From an uncultured Bacteroidota bacterium (GTDB lineage Bacteria; Bacteroidota; Ignavibacteria; UBA10030; UBA6906): a stretch of 64,000 nucleotides of DNA. Shown in pieces: positions 41,739-52,221 of the stretch (positions are counted from its first letter, which is position 1; each line of letters starts with the position of its first letter). The translations under genes and the position numbers were made by a program. Location: positions 1,728,001 through 1,792,000 of the forward strand of contig CAVOYH010000003.1 of NCBI GenBank assembly GCA_963700635.1. Reading direction: 5' to 3'. The notes under the pieces were generated by a model, which did not search any database, was not told the origin of the DNA, and saw nothing but the letters and a program-made list of their open reading frames with translations.

Positions 41739-44198
41739 TTATTTGCCGTTCATGAACGGGAGGAGAATCTCTCGCTGCCACTCCTCCCACCGTTTCGCTT
41801 CAATAACCTCTGAAAACAGCGGGCGATATGCCGCCTGCTGGAGAAAATACCGCGCCACGTCGGTTGCCGGACCGCGGAGACGGCCGTTGGTGTGGGTCAT
41901 TGCATCGCAGAGGGAAAGAACAAGCGATGTGTCGCACTCGTTCAGCCGCTTGAGCGCTTCGAATGCGTTCACGCGCGTGCGGAATTCCAGGGCCGGGGAG
42001 GCAAGGACCGTGAGGGAATCACGATCCGCGGTCGATCCGGCCCCGGCCCGGAGCTCGTGCCAGAGCACACGGACCTGATGTCCGACGCCCTCATCATGTG
42101 ACGTGAGCGCGAAGTACCGGGATCGTTCTTCGGGAAACTGGTCAACCAGTTTCTTCAGTGACGCGGCAACGACATCATACGACGAATCCGTCAACAGCGT
42201 CTCGAACATCGGCCTGTCATCCGGCTGTACGCGCTCCGTTGCGTTGAGAAAGGCCAGGCGGACAGGAGTTGACGGATCGTGAATGATTGCAGGGAACACC
42301 TCCCGGCTCTGAAGGTCGTTTGCCAGCTGTTCCGCAACCTCGGCGCGTACCGCGTAGAATGTCTCGCGCCGGTACACCCGCTTAAGCAGCTCCCGTTTGG
42401 TTGCAATGGGTGTCTGGCGGAGCGCGACGACTGCGTCGTACCGGTCGATCATGCCGCGGGCACGGAGGGCCTGGCTCTCGAGCTCCGTGAAGGTCCTGGG
42501 AAATGTCAGAGTCTTCAGAATCCAGCTTTCCGGATCGATCAGAACAAACGAGATCCCTTTATTGCGGGGGTTGGGGACGACGACCGTTTCGGTCTCGCGT
42601 TCGATCTCTACCCGGCAGCTGTCCCGGCTCCCGTCGTCATAGTTCACCTCAAACACGACCGGCATCCGGAATAGGCCGACCAGTTCATCGCGCTGGTGGA
42701 CCTGCCTGACGGTGATGACCGTCTGACGTTCGTTCATTTCTGCCAGGACAACATCCCGGTACGAGACCTCGTACTCTGGCTCACCTCCCCGGTAAATCCA
42801 CTCGTTGAAAAACCACGCAGGAGAAAGCCCGAGCACATCCTGAAATGTCTGATACAGATCGTTGGTTTCAACCAGCCCGTACGCGTGGGATCGCAGATAC
42901 TGTGTGATCACTCTCCGGACGGGTTCCTCCCCGAATGCATAGCGCATCATGTCAATCACCGCGGACCCTTTGGAATAGACGCGGTCCGATCCGGCCTGGG
43001 AGTGCAGGATGGGGAAGCGGTTGAGGCGGGAAGCGGAAAGGGCTGCATCCTGTTCCCTGCGCCTCGACCACTGGTAGGCATCTTCCCCGTCGGTCTTCCG
43101 GAAGAACAGCTTCGGGTAGAATGTGGCAAAGCTTTCGTGAAGCCAGGCATTCCGTCCCACCCGGCCGGTGACATAGTCTCCGAACCACTGGTGCGTGAGC
43201 TCGTGGAGGTTGACATAGACGTAATTCTTGTCCAGAAATGCGCGGCGGTCGACGAGGTAGAAGTCGCCGAACACCGTTGCGGTCGTATTCTCCATCCCCC
43301 CGTAGAGAAAGTCCTGCACCGGGATCTGCGAATACGACTCCCAGGGGTACGGGACCCCGGTTTCCGCTTCCATGAAATCGATGGCGTCGGTGGACCACCG
43401 GTACGTCGGCTCCACACGATCGGCCTGATCGGGATAGTACCAGAGGTGCACCGGAACCCCGCTGCGGGTGGTGCGTGTCTCGACGGCGTATTCGCCAATA
43501 CCCAGCATCACAAGATAAACCGAGTGGGGGTGGCTCATCCGGTAATGCCATGTTGTGGTACCGTCGGCGTTTCGTCGCTCCATCACCTTTGTGCCGTTTG
43601 AAAGGACGCGATACCGCGAATCAAACGTGATGATCGTTTCGGTGATGAGCTTGTCGTTCTGTTCGTCCCAACATGGAATCCAATGGCGGTTGTCGATCCC
43701 CTGCCCCTGCGACCAGATCTGTTTCCTGCTCCGGTCCGTGGTATCGTTCCATCCGATGAAGTAGAGCCCGCGCCGCGGGTGTGCTTCGTAGATGAACGTG
43801 ATGCTGTCCTGCGTATCCCACCGTGCGGGAGGTGAAAGGCTGACGACGACGCCGCCGGGATTCGTCACAAACGGAGCTGGCCTGCCGTTGTAGAGTGCCT
43901 TGATGATGCGGATGCCGGGACCGTGGAAGAAGAGGGAGTCGATGACCGGCCGAAGCGGCCTGAACGTGTGCGTGACCCGTCCGCGCACCAGCTTTTCCGT
44001 GGGGGTGAATTCGACCTCCAGCCTCATGTGGAGCATGTCGGCCTGGCGCTCGGACGGCTCATACTGCGGCTCGTAGTACCAGCGTGCGGTCCGGTCGGGC
44101 TGGGCATGGGCACTGAGTGTCGCCGCCGCCGTGAGTCCGGAAACGACAAGAACAAGAATCGGGAGGAACGATGCCCTCCGATGTATCCGCTTTCTCAC
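41739..44198 (-). CDS. M1 family aminopeptidase with HEAT-like C-terminus
   Basis: GGMEN, HELTHQWFG (HEXXH), WLHES, VYSKG; signal peptide. Confidence 0.93.
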   Translation of the reverse strand: MRKRIHRRASFLPILVLVVSGLTAAATLSAHAQPDRTARWYYEPQYEPSERQADMLHMRLEVEFTPTEKLVRGRVTHTFRPLRPVIDSLFFHGPGIRIIKALYNGRPAPFVTNPGGVVVSLSPPARWDTQDSITFIYEAHPRRGLYFIGWNDTTDRSRKQIWSQGQGIDNRHWIPCWDEQNDKLITETIITFDSRYRVLSNGTKVMERRNADGTTTWHYRMSHPHSVYLVMLGIGEYAVETRTTRSGVPVHLWYYPDQADRVEPTYRWSTDAIDFMEAETGVPYPWESYSQIPVQDFLYGGMENTTATVFGDFYLVDRRAFLDKNYVYVNLHELTHQWFGDYVTGRVGRNAWLHESFATFYPKLFFRKTDGEDAYQWSRRREQDAALSASRLNRFPILHSQAGSDRVYSKGSAVIDMMRYAFGEEPVRRVITQYLRSHAYGLVETNDLYQTFQDVLGLSPAWFFNEWIYRGGEPEYEVSYRDVVLAEMNERQTVITVRQVHQRDELVGLFRMPVVFEVNYDDGSRDSCRVEIERETETVVVPNPRNKGISFVLIDPESWILKTLTFPRTFTELESQALRARGMIDRYDAVVALRQTPIATKRELLKRVYRRETFYAVRAEVAEQLANDLQSREVFPAIIHDPSTPVRLAFLNATERVQPDDRPMFETLLTDSSYDVVAASLKKLVDQFPEERSRYFALTSHDEGVGHQVRVLWHELRAGAGSTADRDSLTVLASPALEFRTRVNAFEALKRLNECDTSLVLSLCDAMTHTNGRLRGPATDVARYFLQQAAYRPLFSEVIEAKRWEEWQREILLPFMNGK

Positions 44199-44220
44199 TG
44201 ACTGTGTCCTTCGATGGTGC

Positions 44221-47049
44221 TTACGGGTTCTCCAGTTCGAGACCGAGGATCTTCCCCTTGTTCACGGCGGGAATTCCCTGGCTCATCCAGACGGGCATGG
44301 GAGAACCCTTCAGGTAGTGGTCAAAGAACTGCATCATTCTAACCGAGAGATCCTTCCGGTTTTTCCGCTGGACGAGGTTATGCGCTTCGTTGTTGTACGT
44401 CAACATCCAGACCGGCTTGTGGAGGCGGCGCAGCGCGGTGAAGAGTTCGATCCCCTGGTACCAGGGAACGGCCCCGTCAGCATCATTGTGCATGATGAGC
44501 AGGGGGGTTGTGACCCGGTCTGCGAAGAAGAGGGGGGAGTTCTCGAGATACAGGTCCCGTTTCTCCCAGAGGGTTCCGCCGATGCGGCTCTGTGTCCGTT
44601 CGTACTGGAACATCCTGCTCATGCCGGATTCCCAGCGGATCCCGCCGTAGGCACTTGTCATATTCGATACCGGTGCACCCGCCATGGCCGCACGGAACAT
44701 GGACGTTCGGGTAATGATGAACGCTGTCTGGTAGCCGCCCCAGCTCTGTCCCTGGAGACCGATGCGCGCGGGGTCGACGAACCCCCGGGCGATCAGCTTC
44801 TGGACGCCCGGCACAATGCAATCGACGGCACTTTGTCCGGGATGGCCTTCGCGGTACCGGATGTCCGGCATGAATACCAGGTATCCGTTGCTCGTGCACC
44901 ACGTGGGGTTGATGGTTGAGGCGCTCGGCGCGGGAGGGAAATACCGGTTGAGCACGTCGGACATGCGCTCATAGTAATAGACAAGCATCGGATATTTCTT
45001 CTTTGGATCGAAGTTCTCCGGTTTGAAGAGAAGACCGTCCAGTGGCTTCCTGCCCGGACCGTTCCAGTGGACGAGTTCCGCGGTGCCCCAGAGGTACTCC
45101 CCCTGCTGGGGGTTGATGTCGCTGATGCGACGGGGCCGGAGAAATGAAGGGCCAGAGACAAACAGATCGGGGGAGACCGTGAAACTGTTCTTCTGAAAGA
45201 TGAATGTCGTGTCGTCCTTTGCCTTACGAGGAGTGGAGTAGTCGAAAGCTTCTTTGACAAGTATGGTGGGGCCAGAACGTCCCGCAAGAGGAAGTCGGGC
45301 GAACCCCGTGTCCTTCGTCTTCGTGTCGAAGACCTCGAGGAGAAGCGTGGCATCGGGTTCCAGGAATCGTTCTTCCGGGTCCGTCCTGACGTACCGGTAG
45401 TTGGTCGAGGTTCTTCTCCCGATGCCTGCTGTGAGACTGTATGGTGCGCGATGCCCGGCCGGGTCCGTCGACCAGATGTCGTACCGGTCGTAGATCATGA
45501 GCGTGGAGTCGTTGCGCGTCCACCCCAGCAGGCCGTACGAACCGGGGTCTTCCGGGATATCGGACAGTTCGTTGTAGAGGGGCACGGTGATCCCCCGCGT
45601 CACTTTCGCCGTTGTACGTGTGGCGGTGTTCATGGTGAACCAGTGACGCTGCTTCATGTCGTACCATGTGATCCAATGCGCGAGCGGCGACAGTGATGCG
45701 CCCCCTTTGTGCTTTTCCATCACTCTGGCCTTAGTCCCGGTCGGAAGGTCAACCAGATAGACATCGTTGTACTGCACCCCTTCCCAGGATACGAGGGGGC
45801 GGTACGGAACATCTGAAAGACCCAGTGCGATGTCAGCCTGGCCTTCATTTCCGACGACGATCGAGGGAACCGCCAGGGTCGCGAGCTGGATGAACCGCCG
45901 GCTTGCGAGTTCGATCACGGCGAGGTACGACCGCTTTTTCTCCTCGTCCAGTTGTTTGAGCTGGTGGGTTTGAAGGTATTCATCCTGCCAGTTCCAGACA
46001 TCGAGTTTCGCGGTTTCTTCGTCGTTGAGCGTGGTGTCTTCCGGTAGCGGTACAGGTGCCGTGCCGAAGAAGAGACGTCCTCCGTCTTTCGAGAAATCCG
46101 GCGCACGGTATTCACTGATCAACCAACCATGGTCCAGTCCACGAACAGACGTGTCGGCCAGAACCGTAGACGAATCCATACCCGGCCTCCAGTAGCAGAG
46201 GGCGAAGTACCGCTGTTTGGCTTTGGATGTATCCCGGTCGGCAAGGAACGCGGCCTGCACGCCGTCTTCGTCCCAGGCAAGTTGTTTGTACGATCCTTTC
46301 CCTCTGACAAGTGTATCGACGGTCGCGATCTGCGTGTCGAACCGATACACACCTGGCGTCACGGTACTGTCTTTTGCGCCCACAGCAAAAAGGATGGCGT
46401 TTCCGTTCTTGCTGACGGCAAACGTTGTGACCTGGGCATAGCGGAACTCCTTGCCGTCGTGCAGCCGGTACAGGAGAAGAGTGGAACCCTGGTCGTCCTT
46501 TTTCTCTTTGTCGGAATCCTCTGCGTCGGCTCCGTCCCCCGTGCCGGTTTTCTTGCGGGTCGTATCGGATTTGGCGGGCTCTTTCTCGAGATGGATGGCG
46601 ATCCATCCGGCCCCCTTTTCCGGGAGGGTGAAGCTCTTCACTCGGGCAATCCTGACCACTGAATCGGCGCCGAGCCGGACGATCCCGATGCTATCCTTCG
46701 GCATGTCGTCCGCTTTCTTTTTTGCGACCTTCGCTTTCTTGACGTCTGCAAAAAAAGGCTTGATCACGAACGCAGCGTACCGGGAATCATATGAAATCTG
46801 CGGCCGGGATCCTCGTGCAACGGTGTCCTGCCTGCCGGTCTGCAGGTTCGTGATGACGAGGTTCGCGTCGCCTTCCTGGGGGTCGATGGTGTACAAGACC
46901 CACTGGCCGTTGTTGGAGATCACGGATCTACCGATCGATTTCCATCTGTCGTAGACGTCATGTGGGAGCGGTTTCTTGTCGGCGGCTGAGAGTACCGTTG
47001 CGGCCGCTACAAGCGACAGAAAGACTGTGAGTCGATTGAACCTGTTCAT
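44221..47049 (-). CDS. S9 family prolyl oligopeptidase-like peptidase
   Basis: Signal peptide, beta-propeller region, GQSWGG nucleophile, DGAVP, EAHN. Confidence 0.93.
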   Translation of the reverse strand: MNRFNRLTVFLSLVAAATVLSAADKKPLPHDVYDRWKSIGRSVISNNGQWVLYTIDPQEGDANLVITNLQTGRQDTVARGSRPQISYDSRYAAFVIKPFFADVKKAKVAKKKADDMPKDSIGIVRLGADSVVRIARVKSFTLPEKGAGWIAIHLEKEPAKSDTTRKKTGTGDGADAEDSDKEKKDDQGSTLLLYRLHDGKEFRYAQVTTFAVSKNGNAILFAVGAKDSTVTPGVYRFDTQIATVDTLVRGKGSYKQLAWDEDGVQAAFLADRDTSKAKQRYFALCYWRPGMDSSTVLADTSVRGLDHGWLISEYRAPDFSKDGGRLFFGTAPVPLPEDTTLNDEETAKLDVWNWQDEYLQTHQLKQLDEEKKRSYLAVIELASRRFIQLATLAVPSIVVGNEGQADIALGLSDVPYRPLVSWEGVQYNDVYLVDLPTGTKARVMEKHKGGASLSPLAHWITWYDMKQRHWFTMNTATRTTAKVTRGITVPLYNELSDIPEDPGSYGLLGWTRNDSTLMIYDRYDIWSTDPAGHRAPYSLTAGIGRRTSTNYRYVRTDPEERFLEPDATLLLEVFDTKTKDTGFARLPLAGRSGPTILVKEAFDYSTPRKAKDDTTFIFQKNSFTVSPDLFVSGPSFLRPRRISDINPQQGEYLWGTAELVHWNGPGRKPLDGLLFKPENFDPKKKYPMLVYYYERMSDVLNRYFPPAPSASTINPTWCTSNGYLVFMPDIRYREGHPGQSAVDCIVPGVQKLIARGFVDPARIGLQGQSWGGYQTAFIITRTSMFRAAMAGAPVSNMTSAYGGIRWESGMSRMFQYERTQSRIGGTLWEKRDLYLENSPLFFADRVTTPLLIMHNDADGAVPWYQGIELFTALRRLHKPVWMLTYNNEAHNLVQRKNRKDLSVRMMQFFDHYLKGSPMPVWMSQGIPAVNKGKILGLELENP

Positions 47050-47084
47050 GAGTATTCTTCCTGATATCTCGGTATTCGTTCGGG

Positions 47085-48230
47085 CTAGAACTTTGCGAGC
47101 ACTTCGGCATTAGTGGGATACTGCTCGACCAGCTTCTGCACGGCGAGCATCGCGGCGCGGGGTTTCATCCTGCTGATCGCCCGCCGGAGGTCCTGGTGGC
47201 GGTAGATGTTCTCCCCGAAGAGGAGTTCTTCCCGACGGGTGCCTGACAGATTGAGATTGACGGCCGGAAAGATGCGTTCATCGGCGAGTTCGCGGTCCAG
47301 GACCAGTTCCATGTTCCCCGTCCCTTTGAACTCCTGAAAGATCAGCTCGTCCATGCGTGAATCGGTCTGAATCAACGCGGTGGCCACGATTGTCAATGAT
47401 CCACCCCCCTCGATCTTGCGGGCAGCACCGAAAAGGCGTTTGGGGATTTCGAGTGCACGGGCGTCGACGCCGCCGGACATGGTCCGTCCGCTGCTCTTCT
47501 GGTGAATGTTGAATGCCCGGCCGAGACGTGTGAGGGAGTCCAGCAACACCACGACGTCCTTTCCCGTCTCCACCTTCCGCTTTGCATACTCCATGACCAA
47601 CTGTGCCAGCCGGACATGTTGCCCCCGTTCGCTATCGCTCGAACTTGCGAACACCTCTCCTTTGATCGAGCGGCGCATGTCGGTCACCTCCTCGGGACGT
47701 TCATCGATCAACAGGACCTCCATCTCGATTGAGGGATGGTTTCTGCTGATGGCATGAGCCAGCTGTTGCATCAGCATGGTCTTGCCCGCCTTCGGCGGGG
47801 AGACGATCAACGCACGCTGCCCTTTGCCGAGAGGGCAGAAGAGGTCCACGATGCGCATCGGCCGGGCGCCCAGCCGCCCTGCCGGAGTTTCATCCCTTCC
47901 TTCCAGCCGGATCCATTCGAAGGGGGATATCACTTCATAGCTGTTGAAATCAGGAAGTCTCCGCCACGCGTCCGGAGTCAATCCGTTCACAGTATGGAGG
48001 TCTTCCATCACCGGGTGGGGCAGCCGCCCTTTGCGGCCGACACCTTCGAGGAGAACGCCCTCCCGGAGCTGGTTGTCGCGGACCTGACGGGGGGTCACAT
48101 GCATATCCGTCGGCCGCTGGTCGAGGGTGAGCGAACGTGCCCGGACAAAACCGCCTCCCCGCTGGTCCAGTTCAAGGAGTCCCGAGAAAGGAAGTGTCGA
48201 TTGTTGTGCGGGATGATGATGAGGGTTCAT
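47085..48230 (-). CDS. rho: Transcription termination factor Rho, short divergent form
   Basis: [54 protein letters not shown]; about 381 aa. Confidence 0.92.
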   Translation of the reverse strand: MNPHHHPAQQSTLPFSGLLELDQRGGGFVRARSLTLDQRPTDMHVTPRQVRDNQLREGVLLEGVGRKGRLPHPVMEDLHTVNGLTPDAWRRLPDFNSYEVISPFEWIRLEGRDETPAGRLGARPMRIVDLFCPLGKGQRALIVSPPKAGKTMLMQQLAHAISRNHPSIEMEVLLIDERPEEVTDMRRSIKGEVFASSSDSERGQHVRLAQLVMEYAKRKVETGKDVVVLLDSLTRLGRAFNIHQKSSGRTMSGGVDARALEIPKRLFGAARKIEGGGSLTIVATALIQTDSRMDELIFQEFKGTGNMELVLDRELADERIFPAVNLNLSGTRREELLFGENIYRHQDLRRAISRMKPRAAMLAVQKLVEQYPTNAEVLAKF

Positions 48231-48243
48231 GGTGTAGCCGATC

Positions 48244-49212
48244 TTACGCAGCCTTGAGAGCTCGCCGGCGTTGGCGCCACCGGTCAAGCGCCACAGCGAG
48301 AACAATGATGATTCCGGTTACCATTTCCTGGATCCAGTTGGGCAGTCCCAGTTGTGCGCACCCTGACCGGATGACAGTCATGATCAGGGCGCCGACGATG
48401 GTTCCTGTAATGGAGCCCTCGCCGCCTGACAGGGATCCGCCGCCGATGACCACGGCGGCGATGACATCGAGTTCGACGCCCATCGCGACGGTTGGATCTC
48501 CCACGGTGAGCCGGGAGAACTGGAACACGCCCGCCACGCCAGCAAACAACCCTCCGAGCGTGTAGACCATCACTTTGACGCGATCGACGGGCACGCCGCA
48601 GAGTCGGGCGGTTTGTTCGTTGGATCCCACCGCAATGATGTGCCGTCCCAGGCGCGTGTAGACGAGAAGAGCGGCGACGGCGACGGCGAGGAGAAGCGTC
48701 AGCCAGACGCCCCAGGGAACAATCAGCCAGCGATCTCCCGGCGCCAGTGCGGCCAGCAACTCCTTCAGCCAGGAGAGCGGCGCATCGATCTTCTGTTCGT
48801 GGGCGAACCCTTTCGCTGCACCGCGTACGAGGAGAAGCGTACCCAGCGTGACGATGAAGGGGACGACACGCAGGCGCGTGATCAGGAGCCCGTTGATGAG
48901 TCCGCACACCATGGCGGCAACGACGCCGCCCACGGCTGCGAGGAACGGATCAAGTCCCGCCTTCAGCAGCGCGGCGACGACAACAGTGACCAGGGCGATG
49001 ATCGATCCAACAGAAAGATCGATTCCTCCTGAAATGATGATCAGGGTCATCCCCAGGGCGGCAGTTCCAACGATGGCGGTCTGCCGGGCAATCGTCTCCA
49101 GATTGTTCCCTGAGGAGAAGCTCTCCGGCCCGATGACCGCGAACAGGAGAAAGATCAGGACCAGGCCTGCCAGCGGCCCGAGGGCCTGGGAAAGAGCAGG
49201 AAGACGCTTCAT
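48244..49212 (-). CDS. Sugar ABC permease
   Basis: GGIDLSVGS, PFIVTLG, GSNEQTARLCGV, VIGGGSLSGG. Confidence 0.93.
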   Translation of the reverse strand: MKRLPALSQALGPLAGLVLIFLLFAVIGPESFSSGNNLETIARQTAIVGTAALGMTLIIISGGIDLSVGSIIALVTVVVAALLKAGLDPFLAAVGGVVAAMVCGLINGLLITRLRVVPFIVTLGTLLLVRGAAKGFAHEQKIDAPLSWLKELLAALAPGDRWLIVPWGVWLTLLLAVAVAALLVYTRLGRHIIAVGSNEQTARLCGVPVDRVKVMVYTLGGLFAGVAGVFQFSRLTVGDPTVAMGVELDVIAAVVIGGGSLSGGEGSITGTIVGALIMTVIRSGCAQLGLPNWIQEMVTGIIIVLAVALDRWRQRRRALKAA

Positions 49213-50738
49213 GCGGTTCCACCTTGTCCGGTTGCGGCAATCATCAGGGTGTGCTCAGTCCATTCCGCCGCGGGCAGTGCGGGCCCCAGACGGCCACGGT
49301 ACATCACCGCGATCCGATCACACACACCCAGCAGCTCCGGGAGGTAGCTGCTGACGAGCAGAACCGCTTTGGGTGGCGTGTGTGTGCCAGGGTCTCCGGC
49401 GGCCAGGCGGTCAATCAACTCGTACACCTGCGACTTGCTCGCGACGTCGATGCCCCGCGTTGGTTCATCCAGGAGGAGCACGTCGACGTTCTCGTGCAGG
49501 AGTCGTGCGAGGGCGACCTTCTGCTGGTTCCCCCCGGAGAGGGTCCGGACCTCCTGATGAGGCCCGCGTCCCCTGATCCCCAGGGCGTCGATCCAGCGAG
49601 ATGCGGCGGTGTCCAGACGGCGCGGGCGCACGACCCCGAACCTTCCGGCATCCCTCGCGAGATTCATGGTGATGTTGTTAGCAACGCTGAGCGAGAGCGC
49701 GAGCCCTTCGGTCGACCGATCTTCGCTCACGAATCCCGCGCCCTGGTGCCACCGGTGTACCGGTGTCGTCCAGCCGCGGTACGCGTGCAGGCGGATCTCG
49801 CCCTGTTCAACGGCCGAGAGACCGAAGAGTGCCCGGAGAAGCTCCGTGCGCCCTGCTCCCACAAGGCCGGCGAGTCCCAGCACTTCACCCCGCCGGAGCG
49901 TGAACGATGCATCGAGCGGTTTTGGTACGGCGTGAAGGTGCTCAACGCTCAGGACCATCTCTCCTGCTGTTCGCGGTGAGCGAGGATACATGTGTTCGAT
50001 GCGACGCCCGATCATCATCCCGACAATTTCTTCCACGCTGTGTTCGGCGGCAGAACCGGACCCGGCCGCACAACCGTCACGAAGCACGGTATACCGGTCG
50101 GCGATCTGCTTCACCTCCTCGAGGAAATGGGAGATATAGACGATGGCATGGCCCTGCCGCCTGAGGCCGTCCAGGACGGCGAAGAGTTTTCCGATATCTG
50201 CATGTGCAAGACTGCTGGTCGGCTCGTCGAGCACGAGGACCCTGCATCCCACGGCGAGCGCGCGTCCGATCTCCACCACCTGCCGCAGCGCGATCGGAAG
50301 ATCTGCAATGACGGCGCGGGGGTCGAGTGATCCATGTCCGAGCGTCGACAGCGCTTCGATGCTCCGTCGCCTGATTTCTGCGCGGTTGCGGATCCCGGCG
50401 TTCCCCGGTTCCATGCCGAGCATGATGTTGTCTTCGACGGAGAGATGGGGCGCCAGAGAGAGTTCCTGGTAGATCATGGCCACGCCCGCACGACGGGCCT
50501 CATGAGTCGATCGGGGCCGGAACGGTGCACCGTCAAGCGACATCGACCCCGCATCCGGAGTGAGCGCTCCGGCGAGGATCTTCATGAGCGTGCTTTTGCC
50601 CGCCCCGTTCTCGCCGACCAGGGCATGAATCTCCCCAGGAGCTACGGCAAAGTCAACGCCATCCAGCGCTGCTGTTGCGCCGAACCGCTTGACGATGCCC
50701 CGCATGGCAAAGCGAGAATGGAGGGGCGCTTCCGTCAT
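49209..50738 (-). CDS. Sugar ABC ATP-binding protein
   Basis: GENGAGKST, DEPTSSL, LSGGNQQK, DEPTRGID. Confidence 0.95.
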   Translation of the reverse strand: MTEAPLHSRFAMRGIVKRFGATAALDGVDFAVAPGEIHALVGENGAGKSTLMKILAGALTPDAGSMSLDGAPFRPRSTHEARRAGVAMIYQELSLAPHLSVEDNIMLGMEPGNAGIRNRAEIRRRSIEALSTLGHGSLDPRAVIADLPIALRQVVEIGRALAVGCRVLVLDEPTSSLAHADIGKLFAVLDGLRRQGHAIVYISHFLEEVKQIADRYTVLRDGCAAGSGSAAEHSVEEIVGMMIGRRIEHMYPRSPRTAGEMVLSVEHLHAVPKPLDASFTLRRGEVLGLAGLVGAGRTELLRALFGLSAVEQGEIRLHAYRGWTTPVHRWHQGAGFVSEDRSTEGLALSLSVANNITMNLARDAGRFGVVRPRRLDTAASRWIDALGIRGRGPHQEVRTLSGGNQQKVALARLLHENVDVLLLDEPTRGIDVASKSQVYELIDRLAAGDPGTHTPPKAVLLVSSYLPELLGVCDRIAVMYRGRLGPALPAAEWTEHTLMIAATGQGGTA

Positions 50739-51727
50739 TCAAGCCACCGCGCAAGATCGGGCTGGATCAGCTCCCTGATCTCGGGCCTGTCCATGTTCTC
50801 GCGGGTGACAAGCGTAACGCCGGTGTCGATCCGTTTCGGGACCGATTCTCCTTTCAGGTGGGCGACGACCGACTTGACTCCGAGATAGCCCATCGCCATC
50901 GGGTTCTGGAGAACAAGCGCGTTCAGCTGATTGTTCGCAAGCGCCTCCACGAGTTTTGAGGAGCTGTCGAACCCGATGAATATCACCTTTCCCGCGTTGC
51001 CGCCGTCCTGCAACGCGCGGAGCATGCCGAACGTCGTGGATTCGTTCGGCGTGAAGATCCCGTCGATGGTCAGAATTCCACGGCCGTCTTTGAAGGGAGC
51101 GAGGAGGTTCTCGCTCGCCCTGTATGCCGTTTCCACGGTGGCGCCGCCGTACTGGTTCGAGCTGACAACGGTGATGCCCGGTGCGCCTGCCATGGCATCG
51201 AGGAATCCGCGCTCGCGATGGTCGGTGCTCGCCGATCCCTCCAGCACGCGGAGCATGATCACGCGCCCCTTACCCTTCAGCCGCCGGATCAGCTCTTCGG
51301 CACCCATCTTTCCGCCGAGGTAGTTATCGGTTGCCGCAAAGCTCACGTAGTCGTCGCTGTCGAGGTCCGAATCGATGATGACAACGGGGATCCCTGCCCG
51401 GGTGGCATTGGTGACCGGACTGCGGAGCGCGATGTTGTCCAGCGGGGCGAGGACGATGCCGCTGACTCCGCGGCTGATGAAGTCTTCCATGACGGAAATC
51501 TGAGCTTCGCGGTCATCTTCGCGCAGCGGTCCCTTCCAGATGATCTCGACGCCGAGTTCCCGGGATGCCTTCACGGCACCGGCGTGAATGGATTTCCAGA
51601 ACTCATGCGTTGTTCCTTTGGGAATCACGGCGATGGTGGTCGTACGGGCCGTGTCTCCCTCCCGCTTTCCGCATCCGGGGGTCAGCAGGATCAGCATGGA
51701 AGCAAGCAGCATCAACAGTGTGCGCAT
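50735..51727 (-). CDS. Sugar ABC substrate-binding lipoprotein
   Basis: Lipobox LTPG-C; IAVIPKGTTHEFWKS, ATDNY, GFD, QNP. Confidence 0.93.
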   Translation of the reverse strand: MRTLLMLLASMLILLTPGCGKREGDTARTTTIAVIPKGTTHEFWKSIHAGAVKASRELGVEIIWKGPLREDDREAQISVMEDFISRGVSGIVLAPLDNIALRSPVTNATRAGIPVVIIDSDLDSDDYVSFAATDNYLGGKMGAEELIRRLKGKGRVIMLRVLEGSASTDHRERGFLDAMAGAPGITVVSSNQYGGATVETAYRASENLLAPFKDGRGILTIDGIFTPNESTTFGMLRALQDGGNAGKVIFIGFDSSSKLVEALANNQLNALVLQNPMAMGYLGVKSVVAHLKGESVPKRIDTGVTLVTRENMDRPEIRELIQPDLARWLE

Positions 51728-51764
51728 CGTGGCATCTCCATCATATCATCGGTGTATGAGGCGG

Positions 51765-52217
51765 TTACGGGCCATACAGCAGATATGTAACAACACTCGC
51801 GACATAGCTACTGAGCCCTATGACCAGAAGTCCGAGCTCGACAAAATAGAGGCGTGTTTTGGCATTCCGGTAGCTGATGATCCGGATGAGCGTTTCGTCG
51901 GCCGGGCCGCCCAGGAATTGCGTGGTCCAGCGGATACGCAGGCCACCGAGCAGAAGGATGACCATGGAAGAGAGCACGAACACGATTCCCAGGGCCATAC
52001 TGTAGCGTGCGAAATCATTCGTCTGAGCAATCTTCGGACCCGAGAAGCCTGTGATCGTCAGCGCCAGTGTCGAGAGGGTCAACAGAAGCTGCGACCGCGC
52101 CTGGATGACGTCGAAATGGTGCCGGAGGAAATCGAGTGCGGATGAAAGCCCCTGGCTTTCCGGAAAAAGAGCCAGGATCTGACGAGCTTCTTCGTCGGCA
52201 TTGAGCGGGCGGCGCAT
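51765..52217 (-). CDS. Hypothetical 3-TM membrane protein
   Basis: Three hydrophobic helices; starts 4 bp after the GH47 stop. Confidence 0.75.
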   Translation of the reverse strand: MRRPLNADEEARQILALFPESQGLSSALDFLRHHFDVIQARSQLLLTLSTLALTITGFSGPKIAQTNDFARYSMALGIVFVLSSMVILLLGGLRIRWTTQFLGGPADETLIRIISYRNAKTRLYFVELGLLVIGLSSYVASVVTYLLYGP

Positions 52218-52221
52218 ACGC

